From positions 5,709 to 69,708 of the forward strand of contig JBKBRA010000010.1 of NCBI GenBank assembly GCA_046292305.1: DNA of 64,000 nucleotides, written 5' to 3'. Of the stretch, positions 45,453 to 56,100 are shown piece after piece (position 1 is the stretch's first letter; each line of letters begins with the position of its first letter). The notes beneath the pieces are model-generated. The model was not told the origin of the DNA and searched no databases. It was given only the letters and a program-made list of their open reading frames with translations. The position numbers were made by a program, and so were the translations under genes. This stretch comes from Dietzia sp. (GTDB taxonomy: Bacteria; Actinomycetota; Actinomycetes; Mycobacteriales; Mycobacteriaceae).

Positions 45453-46339
45453 CAGTGCGCTCCGTGTCCGGGGTGGGTGTCATCGTGATGGTGGTGGCCG
45501 GTCGACCAGGGTTCGGCGCAGAGGTGTTGGGTGTCGCCCACCACGATGATCTGGCCGCGCACCCGCAACACCTCGACAGGGGAGGAGTAGAGCTCGGACA
45601 TGACCTCGGTGGTGAACACCTCCTCCGGGGTTCCGATGCGGTGGCGCCCGTCCACCAGGTAGACGATCCGGTCGACCATCGGCAGAACCGGGTTGATCTC
45701 GTGGGTGACGAAGAGGACTGCGGTGTCGTGCTGGCGGCGACGGTGGTCGAGAACGGAGGCGACGGTGCGCTGGCCGGTCAGGTCCAGGCTGAGCAGCGGC
45801 TCGTCGCAGAGCATGACGCACGGATCGCAGGCGATGGCCTGGGCCACCCGGACGCGTTGCTGTTCGCCTCCGGACATCCGCCCGAGCGGCGTGTCAGCCA
45901 GCGAGCCGGCCCCGAGGCGATCCAGGGAGTCGTCGACCACCCGGCGCTTCTCACCGCGCCGGGACGGCCACCCCGGACCCCAGCGGGTGCCGTCGATCCC
46001 GAGCCCCACCAGGTCGCGTCCACGCAGGGTGATTCCCGGATCGAACGCCCGCTGCTGTGGCACGTAGCCCAGGTGGGTCCCGCGGTCGCCCGGGGCGCGG
46101 CCGTCGACGAGGACGGTCCCGGAGTCGGGCGCCAGTTCGCCGAGCAGCACCTTGAGCAGGGTGGTCTTCCCGGCGCCGTTGGGGCCGAGGACGGCGACGA
46201 ACTCTCCGGCGGCCACCTCGAGGTCGAGATCACGGATGAGCGTGTTCCCCCCGCGTGAGACCGTCACCGACTCCAGGGAGACGACGGGCCCGGGGCCCGG
46301 GGCGCCGCGGAAATGGGCTGACACAGGGTCAGTGCCCAC
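45452..46339 (-). CDS. Zn/Mn ABC ATPase (ZnuC-like)
   Basis: GPNGAGKTT, GYVPQ, MSGGEQQR and CDEP motifs; His-rich tail. Confidence 0.9.
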   Translation of the reverse strand: MGTDPVSAHFRGAPGPGPVVSLESVTVSRGGNTLIRDLDLEVAAGEFVAVLGPNGAGKTTLLKVLLGELAPDSGTVLVDGRAPGDRGTHLGYVPQQRAFDPGITLRGRDLVGLGIDGTRWGPGWPSRRGEKRRVVDDSLDRLGAGSLADTPLGRMSGGEQQRVRVAQAIACDPCVMLCDEPLLSLDLTGQRTVASVLDHRRRQHDTAVLFVTHEINPVLPMVDRIVYLVDGRHRIGTPEEVFTTEVMSELYSSPVEVLRVRGQIIVVGDTQHLCAEPWSTGHHHHDDTHPGHGAH

Positions 46340-47462
46340 CGTCGGCGACCGGGGTCGCGCCGTCGAGGGCCGAGGACAGCGAGTCGACGATGTCCGTCAT
46401 CCAGGTGGTGTAGTCCATGCCCTCGGGGAGGGTCTCGGTGAGGTCGACGACGACGACGTCGGCAGACTCGGCCGCGTCACGGACCCGGGCGGTGACGGGG
46501 GTCTCGGTCTGGTTGTTGAACGCCAGGAAGGCCACCTCCCGGTCGGCGATCAGGTCGAGCATGGCGGCGAGGTCGGCCGCGGACGGGTCGGTGTCGTCCT
46601 CGATCGAGGACAGGAATCCGCGTGGGGTCAGGTCGACCATGTGGGCGGCGTCGAACAGGTGGGCGCCGACCCGCTCGGTCTGCGCGTAGGGGAAGTGTCC
46701 CCGGTCGTGGATCGCGTCGATCTGCTCCTCGAGCGGGGTGAGGGTGTCGGCGAAGCGCCGGGCGTTGTCCCGGTACTCCTCGGCGTTCTCCTCGTCGATC
46801 GTCGCCAGCTCCTCGGCCACCCGCTCGGCCACCGCTGCCGCGGTGGGCAGGCTGAACCACACGTGCTCGTTGGTGTCGGACGCATGGTCGTCGTGTCCGT
46901 GCGAGTCGCCGCCGTGGTCGTCGTGTCCCTCGTCATGGCCGTCGCCGCTGTGGTCGTCGTGCCCGTCGTCGCCGTGCTCGTCGTCACCATGCGCGTCGCC
47001 GCCGTGATCGTCGTGTCCGTGGTCGTCATCGTGGGAGTGCTCGGCGACCGTCTCGCCGGTCACGCGCGCGTACTCGTCGACCGCCCGCACCACGGGGACA
47101 TCCGGGGCGTTCTCCAGTGCCCGGTCCACGAAGGCGTCGTACCCGGCGCCGTTGTAGACCACGAGGTCCGCGTTGGTGACCGCCGCGGCGTCGGCCGGGC
47201 TCGCCTCGTAGGAGTGCGGGTCGGCCGCCGGGTCGGAGATCACCGACTCGACGGTCGCGTTCCCGCCGGCGACCTGCTCTGCGATGTCCGCGTAGACGGT
47301 GGTGGAGGCCACTAGGTTCAGTCCGCCCGCGGCGGTCCCGTCACCTGTGCCGTCCTCGGACCCGCAGGCGGTGAGGACAGCCCCTCCGAGGAGGGCGGCC
47401 ATGGTGAGGGCGGCCGCCCTCGGCAGACGGGGACGACGGGGCAGGTTGGATGACGACATCAC
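46329..47462 (-). CDS. His-rich Zn ABC substrate-binding lipoprotein (ZnuA-like)
   Basis: Lipobox LTAC, DPHSYE, long His/Asp loop, NEHVW. Confidence 0.9.
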   Translation of the reverse strand: MMSSSNLPRRPRLPRAAALTMAALLGGAVLTACGSEDGTGDGTAAGGLNLVASTTVYADIAEQVAGGNATVESVISDPAADPHSYEASPADAAAVTNADLVVYNGAGYDAFVDRALENAPDVPVVRAVDEYARVTGETVAEHSHDDDHGHDDHGGDAHGDDEHGDDGHDDHSGDGHDEGHDDHGGDSHGHDDHASDTNEHVWFSLPTAAAVAERVAEELATIDEENAEEYRDNARRFADTLTPLEEQIDAIHDRGHFPYAQTERVGAHLFDAAHMVDLTPRGFLSSIEDDTDPSAADLAAMLDLIADREVAFLAFNNQTETPVTARVRDAAESADVVVVDLTETLPEGMDYTTWMTDIVDSLSSALDGATPVADGGH

Positions 47463-47479
47463 GAGTACCGCTCTCGTTG

Positions 47480-47500
47480 CAATGGGAACCGTTGTCGTTA
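47480..47500 (-). promoter_or_regulatory. Zur box adjoining the -10 (TAGACT) of the Zn ABC operon
   Basis: Minus-strand TAACGACAACGGTTCCCATTG is a 21-bp imperfect palindrome resembling actinobacterial Zur sites. Confidence 0.7.
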
Positions 47501-47549
47501 GTCTACGGCGGGTACCGCTCCGGGGGTCAACTCCGGGGTGCGATTCCGG

Positions 47550-48365
47550 TCAGGCCCGCAGGTCGGCGAGCTGTGAGAGCAGCCCGACCACCGCGGGGAT
47601 GTCGGCCACGCGGTATGCCGCACGCGTCTGGCCGTCGCCGACCTTGATTCCGACGTCCCCGTCCCGGAGGCGCGCGAAGCCGCGCTCGTCGGTCACGTCG
47701 TCGCCGATGAACACGGCGAGTTCGGCGCCGGTCTGCTCGACCAGCTTCTCGATCGCCGCGCCCTTGCTGGCCTCGCGGACCGCGATCTCCACGACGTTCT
47801 TGCCCTCGGTCACGAACACTGCGTCGAGGGCGGCGGGGCCGGCCATGGCCTCGGCCATCGCAGTCTGGCGCAGGGCCGGGTCCTCGACCGGGCGGACGTG
47901 CAGGACGGCCGCCGTGGGTTTGGATTCGACGTGTGCCCCGGGTGTGCGCGAGACGATCTCCTCGAGCTCGGACCCCACGCGGGCGAGCCTGGCGAGCTCG
48001 TCGTCGTCCAGTGGGGTGTCGAACCCGCCCTCCCACTCCGACCCGTGGCTGCCCACCAGGACCACCGGCGCGACGGCGCCGCTCACCTGGGCCAGTGCGG
48101 CCCGGTTTCGGCCGGAGAGCAGGGCGACGGTGGTCCGCGGCAGCCGGGCGAGGCGCTCGAGCGCGTCGATGGCGCCGGGGGCCGGGACGGCGAGGGTCGG
48201 GTCGTCGACGAACGGCGCCAGGGTTCCGTCGTAGTCGCACGCGATCACGAGGGTGGGGGTCTCCGCGGCCCGGCGCAGCGCCGGGACGAGCTCGGGGGGG
48301 AGGGTGTCTGCCGTGTGGGGTCCGTCGGCCGGGCCGTCGGGGGCGCTGTCGTCAGCTGGGGTCAT
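47550..48365 (-). CDS. otsB: Trehalose-6-phosphate phosphatase
   Basis: HAD motifs DYDGTLAP, LSGR, GSHGSE, KGAA and FIGDDVTDE. Confidence 0.9.
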   Translation of the reverse strand: MTPADDSAPDGPADGPHTADTLPPELVPALRRAAETPTLVIACDYDGTLAPFVDDPTLAVPAPGAIDALERLARLPRTTVALLSGRNRAALAQVSGAVAPVVLVGSHGSEWEGGFDTPLDDDELARLARVGSELEEIVSRTPGAHVESKPTAAVLHVRPVEDPALRQTAMAEAMAGPAALDAVFVTEGKNVVEIAVREASKGAAIEKLVEQTGAELAVFIGDDVTDERGFARLRDGDVGIKVGDGQTRAAYRVADIPAVVGLLSQLADLRA

Positions 48366-48470
48366 GGCTCCCAGGTTAGAAGGCGAACCCGTCCGGGGTC
48401 GTGATGTCCGGATCCGCGCCCGCGGATTCGGGGGAGGCCGCGGAGTTGACGGGGCGGAGGCCAACTGTAG

Positions 48471-48484
48471 GATTGTCGACAATC
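48471..48484. promoter_or_regulatory. GntR/FadR-type operator GATTGTCGACAATC overlapping the -10 (TAGGAT) of the amidase-gntR promoter
   Basis: Perfect 14-bp palindrome; TTGACG -35 at 48446; near-copy at 57546. Confidence 0.75.
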
Positions 48485-48502
48485 TGACGGAAGGTACCAA
48501 GG

Positions 48503-49975
48503 ATGACCTCTTCTCTGACGGCCCTGGAGCTCTCCGAGCGCTTCCGGAGCGGCGCGCTCTCACCGGTCGACGCCGCGGAGCACGCGCTGGAGGCGATCGA
48601 GCGGGTCGACGGCGACATCAACGCCTTCTGCCACCTCGATCGAGAGACGACGCTCGCCTCCGCCCGTCGATCGGAGGACCGGTACCGGCGGGGTGAGCCC
48701 CTCGGTCCGATCGACGGCGTCCCCACCTCGATCAAGGACATCTTCTACACGCGCGGGGTGCCGACACTGCGTGGATCACGCCTGCTCTCCGACAAGGCAG
48801 GGGCCGCCGACCCCGACTCGTGGCCCGACGACGCCCCGGTGACCTCGGCGGTGCACGAGGCCGGTTGCGTGGTGATCGGCAAGACCACCACCCCGGAGTT
48901 CGCCTGGAAGGGGGTCACCGACAACACGCTCACCGGCATCACCAGGAACCCCCACGACACGGCCCTCACCCCGGGCGGCTCGAGCGGAGGGGCGTCGGCA
49001 GCGGTCGCCGCCGGACTCGGCCAACTCGCCCTGGGCACCGACGGCGGCGGCTCCGTCCGGATCCCCGCCGCCTTCTGCGGGATCGTCGCGCTCAAACCCA
49101 CGTACGGCGTGATCCCCATGTTCCCGTCGAGTCCGTTCGGCACACTGGCCCACGCCGGTCCGATGACGCGCACCGTGGCCGACACCGCCGCGTTCATGGA
49201 CGCGCTGCTCCGTCCGGATCCCCGGGACTGGTCGGCGGTGCCGGCCCGGGCCACGACCCCCGGACCGGGCGGCTACCTCGCGGCGGCCACCGAGGCGGCC
49301 GGGGGGGATCGTCCGCTCGAGGGTCTGCGTGTCGCGTACAGCCCCGACCTGGGCTTCGGCACCAACGACCCCGAGGTCGAGCGCGAGGTGGCGCGCGCCG
49401 TCGACGTCCTGGCGGCGCTCGGGGCGCGGGTCGAGTCGGTCGACCCCGGGATCACCGATCCCGTCGACGCCTTCCATGTGCTGTGGTTCGCCGGCCTCGC
49501 GGCGGTCCTGGCGCCGCACGGTCCGGACGCGATCGACCACGTCGACCCGTCGATGCGGGAGGCGTTGGGCCGGTACCACGACCACTCCGCCGCCGACTAT
49601 CTCGACGCGGTGGCGGTCCGGATGGCGCTGGGCGCACGGATGGCCGACTTCCACCAGTCGTACGACATCCTGATCACGCCCACCACCCCGATCCCCGCGT
49701 TCGCCGCCGGATCGGACGTGCCCCCGGGGTGGCACAGCCCCGACTGGACCTCGTGGACCCCGTACACCTATCCCTTCAACATGACCCAGCAGCCGGCGCT
49801 GAGCATCCCCTGCGGGACGACCGACGCCGGGCTGCCGGTGGGGATCCAGATCGTCGGGGCTAGGTTCGAGGACCGTCTTGTCGTTCGGGTCGGCGCGGCT
49901 CTCGAGGACGCGCTCGGCCGGGTGGTCCCCGCCCCACGGGTCCACGCGGGCACCTCCGGAGGTGCCGGGGGATGA
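48503..49975 (+). CDS. Amidase-signature family protein
   Basis: GVPTSIKD, GKTTTPEF, GGSSGG, GTDGGGSVRIPA and YTYPFN motifs. Confidence 0.92.
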   Translation: MTSSLTALELSERFRSGALSPVDAAEHALEAIERVDGDINAFCHLDRETTLASARRSEDRYRRGEPLGPIDGVPTSIKDIFYTRGVPTLRGSRLLSDKAGAADPDSWPDDAPVTSAVHEAGCVVIGKTTTPEFAWKGVTDNTLTGITRNPHDTALTPGGSSGGASAAVAAGLGQLALGTDGGGSVRIPAAFCGIVALKPTYGVIPMFPSSPFGTLAHAGPMTRTVADTAAFMDALLRPDPRDWSAVPARATTPGPGGYLAAATEAAGGDRPLEGLRVAYSPDLGFGTNDPEVEREVARAVDVLAALGARVESVDPGITDPVDAFHVLWFAGLAAVLAPHGPDAIDHVDPSMREALGRYHDHSAADYLDAVAVRMALGARMADFHQSYDILITPTTPIPAFAAGSDVPPGWHSPDWTSWTPYTYPFNMTQQPALSIPCGTTDAGLPVGIQIVGARFEDRLVVRVGAALEDALGRVVPAPRVHAGTSGGAGG

Positions 49976-50655
49976 CGGCGCTCGGACCGGATCCCGGTCT
50001 CGAGCCCGTCGTCCGGGAATCGACCCCCGCGCTCATCGCGCGCACCCTCCGCCGGGCGATCTCGGACGGCACGTTCCCCCCGGGCACGCAGCTCGGGGAG
50101 GCCGCGCTGGCGCGATCGCTCGGCGTGAGCCGCGGGCCGCTGCGGGAGGCCATGCAACGGTTGACGCAGGAGGGGCTGCTGGTCTCGCACCGCAACCGGG
50201 GGCTGTTCGTCGCCGACCTCTCCGCCCGGGCGGTCGAGGACATGTACCTGTTGCGGACGACAGTCGAGACGGCCGCCCTCGACCGGGTACTCGACCTGGG
50301 GCTGGGCGTCGACACCGCCGACGCGCTCGACGCCGCGGTCGACGCGATGGCCTCCCTCGCCGCCGAACCGCGGTCCGAGGCCATGGTCGCGGCGGATCTG
50401 GACTTCCACCACGTCCTGGTCGAGGCGGCCCGCAGCCCCCGCCTGTCACGGGTTCACGAGACCGTGCTGGTCGAGACGAGCATGTGCCTGCACGCCATGC
50501 GCGGCACCTATTCGGACGCGGAGTCCAGGCTCGCCGAACACCGCGCGATCGCCGCCGCCGTACGCGCCGGTGACCCGCGTCGGGCCAGGGTGTTACTGGT
50601 CGACCACATGAGGGACGGGCTCGCCCGGGTGCGGGAGGGTGGCGACGTCAGTTGA
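49972..50655 (+). CDS. GntR (FCD) transcriptional regulator
   Basis: LGVSRGPLREA..L..EGLL wHTH; DLDFH..EHRAI FCD domain. Confidence 0.92.
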   Translation: MTALGPDPGLEPVVRESTPALIARTLRRAISDGTFPPGTQLGEAALARSLGVSRGPLREAMQRLTQEGLLVSHRNRGLFVADLSARAVEDMYLLRTTVETAALDRVLDLGLGVDTADALDAAVDAMASLAAEPRSEAMVAADLDFHHVLVEAARSPRLSRVHETVLVETSMCLHAMRGTYSDAESRLAEHRAIAAAVRAGDPRRARVLLVDHMRDGLARVREGGDVS

Positions 50656-50664
50656 GCGGCGTGG

Positions 50665-51282
50665 TCAGCGGGTGACCGCGAGCCCGCTCCGCATCGCCCA
50701 CGCCACCGCCTGCGGTCTGGTCGTCACACCGATCTTGCGGTAGGCGTCCCTGATGTAGGTCTTGACCGTGTTGATCGACAGGAAGCAGGCCGCGGCGATC
50801 TCCTCGTTGGATCTGCCCTGGGCGATCAGCGCGAGCATCTCCGATTCGCGGGGGCTCAGACCGGCCTCGCCGGTCGGCCACAGCCCGGCGGACGCGTACT
50901 CGCCGTCGTGACCGAGCAGTCGGATGCGCTCGCCGGCCGCGACCCGTTCGACGGCCCCGACCAGGTCCTCGCCGGACAGTGACTTGGACAGGTACCCCGT
51001 GACCCCCGAGGCGAACGCCTCGTCGACGGCACGCGGGTCCGTGACGAACGAATAGACGGCCACGGCGCCGATCGTCGGGTCGAGCACCATGGACGAGCAC
51101 CGGGCCTGCCAGTTGACCGGGGAGGCGAAGGTGTCGAACAGCACCACGTCCACGGGTTCACCGTCGCGGGAACCGGGCCCGTTCACCATCACCTCGACGC
51201 GATCGGGGTACGGGGCGAGCAGCGCGTGCACACCGGCGATGACCACCGTGTAGTCGTTTACCACCGAAACCCTGACGGTCAT
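50665..51282 (-). CDS. Orphan NarL/LuxR response regulator
   Basis: Receiver (VVND..VLFD..GYLSK) plus LSPRE..IAQG.SNEEIA..LSINTVKTYI HTH. Confidence 0.88.
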   Translation of the reverse strand: MTVRVSVVNDYTVVIAGVHALLAPYPDRVEVMVNGPGSRDGEPVDVVLFDTFASPVNWQARCSSMVLDPTIGAVAVYSFVTDPRAVDEAFASGVTGYLSKSLSGEDLVGAVERVAAGERIRLLGHDGEYASAGLWPTGEAGLSPRESEMLALIAQGRSNEEIAAACFLSINTVKTYIRDAYRKIGVTTRPQAVAWAMRSGLAVTR

Positions 51283-51376
51283 CTGAAAACTTTATCAGTT
51301 GTGACCCATCCCACCCCTGGGGGTGTGCCGAACAACCTCGGGCGTGCAAGAAGCTGGAGCCGACGGGGGGAGAGTC

Positions 51377-51649
51377 ATGACGACCGCTACGAGAAGGATC
51401 GACGAACGATGGGCATGGGCCGAGCACGGGTTGTGCCAGGACGTTCCGGACCTGTTCTACAACACCGAGGACGAGTCGAAGAGCCTGCGTCGACGTAAGG
51501 AGACGGCCGCGAAGAAGCTGTGCGCGCAGTGCCCGGTGATCGATCAGTGTCGCGCACACGCGGTGGCCCACCGCGAGCTCTACGGCGTCTGGGGCGGGAT
51601 GTCCGAGGCCGAGCGGCACCGGCTCGCGGGCCGCGTCCGCACGGGCTGA
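51377..51649 (+). CDS. WhiB-family Fe-S regulator (WhiB3-like)
   Basis: W..C..LFY..AKKLCAQCPVIDQC..YGVWGGMSEAER. Confidence 0.92.
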   Translation: MTTATRRIDERWAWAEHGLCQDVPDLFYNTEDESKSLRRRKETAAKKLCAQCPVIDQCRAHAVAHRELYGVWGGMSEAERHRLAGRVRTG

Positions 51650-51697
51650 CGGTCGCCCGGCGCCCGCCTGACCGGCGCCCGGCCCCGTGGGCGCCGG

Positions 51698-53161
51698 TCA
51701 GCGGACCGGGATCGCCACGAGCTTGGTCTCCACGAACTCCTCGATGCCCGTCAGTCCGCCCTCCCGGCCCAGGCCGGACTGCTTGATGCCCCCGAACGGA
51801 GCGGCAGGGTTGGAGACGATCCCGGTGTTGATCCCCACCATCCCGGCCTGCAACCGCTCCGACATGGCCATCGCGCGGTCGAGGTTCTCGGTCATCACGT
51901 AGGAGACCAGGCCGAACTCGGTGTCGTTGGCCATGGCCACGGCCTCGTCGTCGGAGTCGAACGGGATCAGGGCGGCGACGGGGCCGAAGATCTCGGTGGA
52001 CATCAGGGCGGAGTCGGTGGCCACCCCGGTCAGGACGGTGGGCGGGTAGAAGTACCCGGGTCCCTCGACGCGCGCACCCCCGCACAGCACCTCGGCACCG
52101 CGCTCCACGGCGTCCTCGACCAGCTCGACCACCTTCGTCACGGCCTTCTCCTCGACCAACGGGCCCACGTCGGTGCCGTCCCGCGTGCCGTCGCCCACGG
52201 TCAGGGCGGACATCTTCTCGGTGAGGCGGCGTCCGAACTCGTCCAGTACCGACCGGTGTACGAGGATCCGGTTGGCGGAGGTGCAGGCTTCGCCCATGTT
52301 CCGCATCTTGGCGGCCATCGCGGCGCCGACCGCGGTGTCCATGTCCGCGTCCTCGCACACCACGAACGGCGCGTTCCCGCCGAGCTCCATCGACGTGCGC
52401 AGCACCCCACGCGCGCACTGCTCGAGGAGCGTGCGGCCGACGGGCGTGGACCCGGTGAAGGACAGCTTGCGGGCGATGCCGGAGTCGATCCACGGCTCCA
52501 CCACGCCGCCGGGGTCGGTGGTGCACACCACGTTGAGGACGCCGTCGGGCAGGCCGGCCTCGCGCAGGAGGTCCACCACGTACAGCGAGGTCAGGGGCGT
52601 GAGGTTGGCGGGCTTGAACACCATCGTGCAGCCGGCGGCGACGGCCGGGCCGATCTTGCGGGTGGCCATGGCCAGGGGGAAGTTCCACGGGGTGATGAGG
52701 ATGCACGGGCCGACGGGCTCGTGGGTCACCATGAGCCTGGTCTTGCCGTCGGGGGAGCGGCGGGCGTCGCCTCGGACGCGGCAGGTCTCCTCGGAGAACC
52801 AGCGGAAGAACTCCGCGCCGTACGCCACCTCCCCCTTCGCCTCGGCCAGTGGTTTACCCATCTCCGTGGTCATGAGCAGTGCCAGTTCGTCGGCGCGGTC
52901 GACTATCAGCTCGTACGCCCTGCGTAGGATCTCGGCCCGGTCGCGGGCGGGTACGGCGGCCCACGAGGCCTGGGTGCGGCCCGCGCACCCGATCGCGGCG
53001 GCGGCGTCGGCGGCTCCCCCGTCGGCCACGGTCGCGATCACCTCGCCGGTGGCGGGGTTGACCACCTCGAAGGTGGCGCCGGAGGCAGCGGCGCTCCACT
53101 GTCCGTCCACGTGGACCCCGGTACCGAGGGCGGCGATGATGTCGGTGACGGAGCGGGTCAT
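51698..53161 (-). CDS. gabD: NAD(P)-dependent succinate-semialdehyde dehydrogenase family
   Basis: ITPWNFP, FTGST, MELGGNAP, GEACTS, EIFGP and PFGGIKQSG motifs. Confidence 0.85.
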   Translation of the reverse strand: MTRSVTDIIAALGTGVHVDGQWSAAASGATFEVVNPATGEVIATVADGGAADAAAAIGCAGRTQASWAAVPARDRAEILRRAYELIVDRADELALLMTTEMGKPLAEAKGEVAYGAEFFRWFSEETCRVRGDARRSPDGKTRLMVTHEPVGPCILITPWNFPLAMATRKIGPAVAAGCTMVFKPANLTPLTSLYVVDLLREAGLPDGVLNVVCTTDPGGVVEPWIDSGIARKLSFTGSTPVGRTLLEQCARGVLRTSMELGGNAPFVVCEDADMDTAVGAAMAAKMRNMGEACTSANRILVHRSVLDEFGRRLTEKMSALTVGDGTRDGTDVGPLVEEKAVTKVVELVEDAVERGAEVLCGGARVEGPGYFYPPTVLTGVATDSALMSTEIFGPVAALIPFDSDDEAVAMANDTEFGLVSYVMTENLDRAMAMSERLQAGMVGINTGIVSNPAAPFGGIKQSGLGREGGLTGIEEFVETKLVAIPVR

Positions 53162-56100
53162 AGCGGCCTCCTGGTGGGCGCGGCGTCGGTGCGGTGATCG
53201 GTGCGGTGGGCGGGCTCGGTGCGGTGGTCAAGCTCGGTGCGGTGGACGGGATCGGGGTCGAGAAGCTCGAACAGGTGGTGGCCGGTGCGGCCGGACCCGG
53301 TGGTGGGGTCGGTGGCACCGAGGTGGCCGACCTGCGTGGCGCAGGAGAATCCGTCGGTGAGCACGGGGGCGTCCGGGTCGGCCCGCAGGGCGGGGGCCAG
53401 CGCCTGCTCGGCGACGGCGGCGGTCACGGCCTCGTGTCCGGCGGTGAACCCGAAGTCGCCGGCCACCCCGCAGCAGCCGGTGGCCTCCCTGACCGAGCCC
53501 ACGCCGAGCGCGGTGAGGGTCGCCCTCTGCACGCGGTTGCCGAAGGTCGCGTACTCGTGGCAGTGGGTCTGCACCGTGACCCGGTCAGGGGCCGATCCAC
53601 CGGGCCAGGAGGGGGCACGGCCCTCGCCGGCGAGTCGGCCCAGGTGATCGGCTGCCGACCGGATGCGGGCCGCGACGCGGCGGGCGGTCTCGGCGTCCGG
53701 GGTGTCGGCGAGCAGGCGGGGGAGGTCCTCGCGAAGGGTGGCCGCGCAGCTGGGTTCGACGACGACGACGGGGACCTCGCCCCCGTCCGGCCCGCGGATC
53801 GCGTCGAGGTGCCGGGCGGTCGCGCCCATGGTGCGGCGTGCCGCCCCGAGCCTGCCGGTGGTGACGTGGGTCAACCCGCAGCAGTGGCCGGCGCTGCACG
53901 CGACGGAGGTGTGCACTCCACCCAGGACGCGGGCCGCCGCGCCGGCGACCGCGGGGCGTAGTCCGCGGGTGAAGGAGTCGAGGAACAGCACGATCTCGGC
54001 CGAGGTCCGCCCTTCCGGTCGTCCCTGGTCGCGTATCGCCCACACGCTGTCCGGGACGCGGGCGAGTTCGCTCCGCAGCTCGGCGGCCGAGGTGAAGCGC
54101 GGCAGGGTGCGGTCGGTCGCCAGCCCTCCCAGGCGTGCGGCGGCCCGGCCCGTGCGGGTACCGAGCACGGCGTTGAGCGGGCGGGCGGCCCGCGCGGTCC
54201 CGCGCAGCCACAGCGGGAGCAGCCCGAGGGAGTAGTGGGCCAGAGGCCGGACTCTGCGCCTGTAGCGCCGGTGCAGGGCCTCGGATTTGAAGGTGGCCAT
54301 GTCGACGCCGGTGGGGCAGTCCGAGGAGCACGCCTTGCACGCCAGGCACAGCTCCAGCGATTCCTCGACCGCCGGGTCGTCGATGGGTAGCGTCCCGCGG
54401 ACCACCTCCTGCAGTACGCGGGCCCGGCCGCGGGTGGAGTCCTTCTCGTCGCCCGTGGCGCGGAAGGACGGGCACATCACGCCGCCGGTGGACGTGCGGC
54501 AGCGGCCCACCCCGATGCAGGCCTGGACGGGGTGTGCGCCGTCGGCCGAGGTCAGCAGGCCCAGGTCGCGCCTGCCCACCCCGGCCAGGGCGAGGTCGGC
54601 GTCGAGTGGCCGCGTGGCGGTCAGCCCGCCCGGGGCGAGGATTCCCGAGGGATCCCAGATGCGGGCGAAGCGGGCGAAGGTGTCCAGCATCTCGGGCGAA
54701 TACATGACCGGCAGCAGTTCCGAGCGCGCCCGGCCGTCGCCGTGTTCCCCGGAGAGCGACCCGCCGTGGCTCACCGCGAGGTGGGCGGCGTCGGTGCAGA
54801 AGGCGCGCATGACGCCCCGGCCCTCCTCGGACCGCAGGTCGAAGCTGATGCGGATGTGCATGCACCCGGCGCCGAAGTGCCCGTACATGACGCCGGTGAG
54901 GCCGTGGCGCCCGAGCAGTCCCCGGAAGTCGTCGAGGTAGTCGGCCAGGCGCTCGGGGGCGACGGCCGAGTCCTCCCAGCCGGGCCAGGACTCGATGGTC
55001 GCGCCGGTCGCGGGGTCGGTGAGCCGCGAGCTCAGCCCGGCGCCGTCCTCGCGCACCCGCCACAGATCCGCGCGGGCCACCGGGTCCGTCACGACGAGCG
55101 CCTCGACCGCGTGGCCGTCCCCGGTGAGTTCGGCGGCGAGTCCGGCCACCCTGTCATCGAGCGTTCCGGCCGACGCGCCCGAAGCCGCGTCGGCGTTGTC
55201 GTCGAGTTCCACGAACAGCCACGCCCAGCCCGCGGGGAGGGCGGCCACGGCGTCGGCGCCGCGCCGCTCGCGCATGGTCTCGACGATCACCTCGTCGATC
55301 CCCTCGACCGCGGTGGGGTGGTGCCGCAGGATCGCGGGCACGTCCCGGGCGGCGTCCACGACGTCGGCGTACCCCACGACCAGCAGTCCGGTCCGCGCGG
55401 ATCGGGGTACGGCGCGCATGGTCGCGGCGGTGACCACGGCGCAGGTGCCCTCGGAGCCGACAAGGGAGCGCGCCACGTCGAACCCCTCCTCGGGCAGGAG
55501 GTGCCGCAGGTGGTAGCCGGACACCTGGCGGGGCAGCCGTCCGAGTTCGGTGCGGATGGCGGCCAGGTGGTCGGCGGCCAGGTCACGCAGCTGCGCCTCG
55601 AGGTGGTCGGCGCGGGCCGTCGCCGCCGCATCCGACGGGTCGGTGGCCTCGATCCCGCTGCGGGTGGCGGTCAGGCGTAGGCCGTCGGCGGTGACGATGC
55701 GCAGCGACACCACGTGGTCCGCGGTCCGGCCGTGACGTACCGAGTGGTTGCCGCAGGCGTCGTTTCCGATCGCCCCACCCAGGCAGGCGCGGGACTGGCT
55801 CGAGGGGTCGGGGGCGAAGGTCAGCCGGTCATCCGTCGCCGCGTGCACGGCCGCGCGCAGGTCGGTCAGGACGGACCCGGCCTCGGCGGTGACACTCCGA
55901 CCCGCCTCGTCGACCGCCAGCACGCGGGTCATGTTCCGCGACAGGTCCAGCACCAGACCTGTGCCGATGGCGTTGCCGGCCATAGAGGTCCCGCCGCCGC
56001 GCACGGTGGCCGGTACGCCCAGTCGGTGGCACACGGCCAGCGCGGTGGCGACCTCCTGCTCGCACGTCGGGAACACCACGGCCAGGGGGGTCACCCGGTA

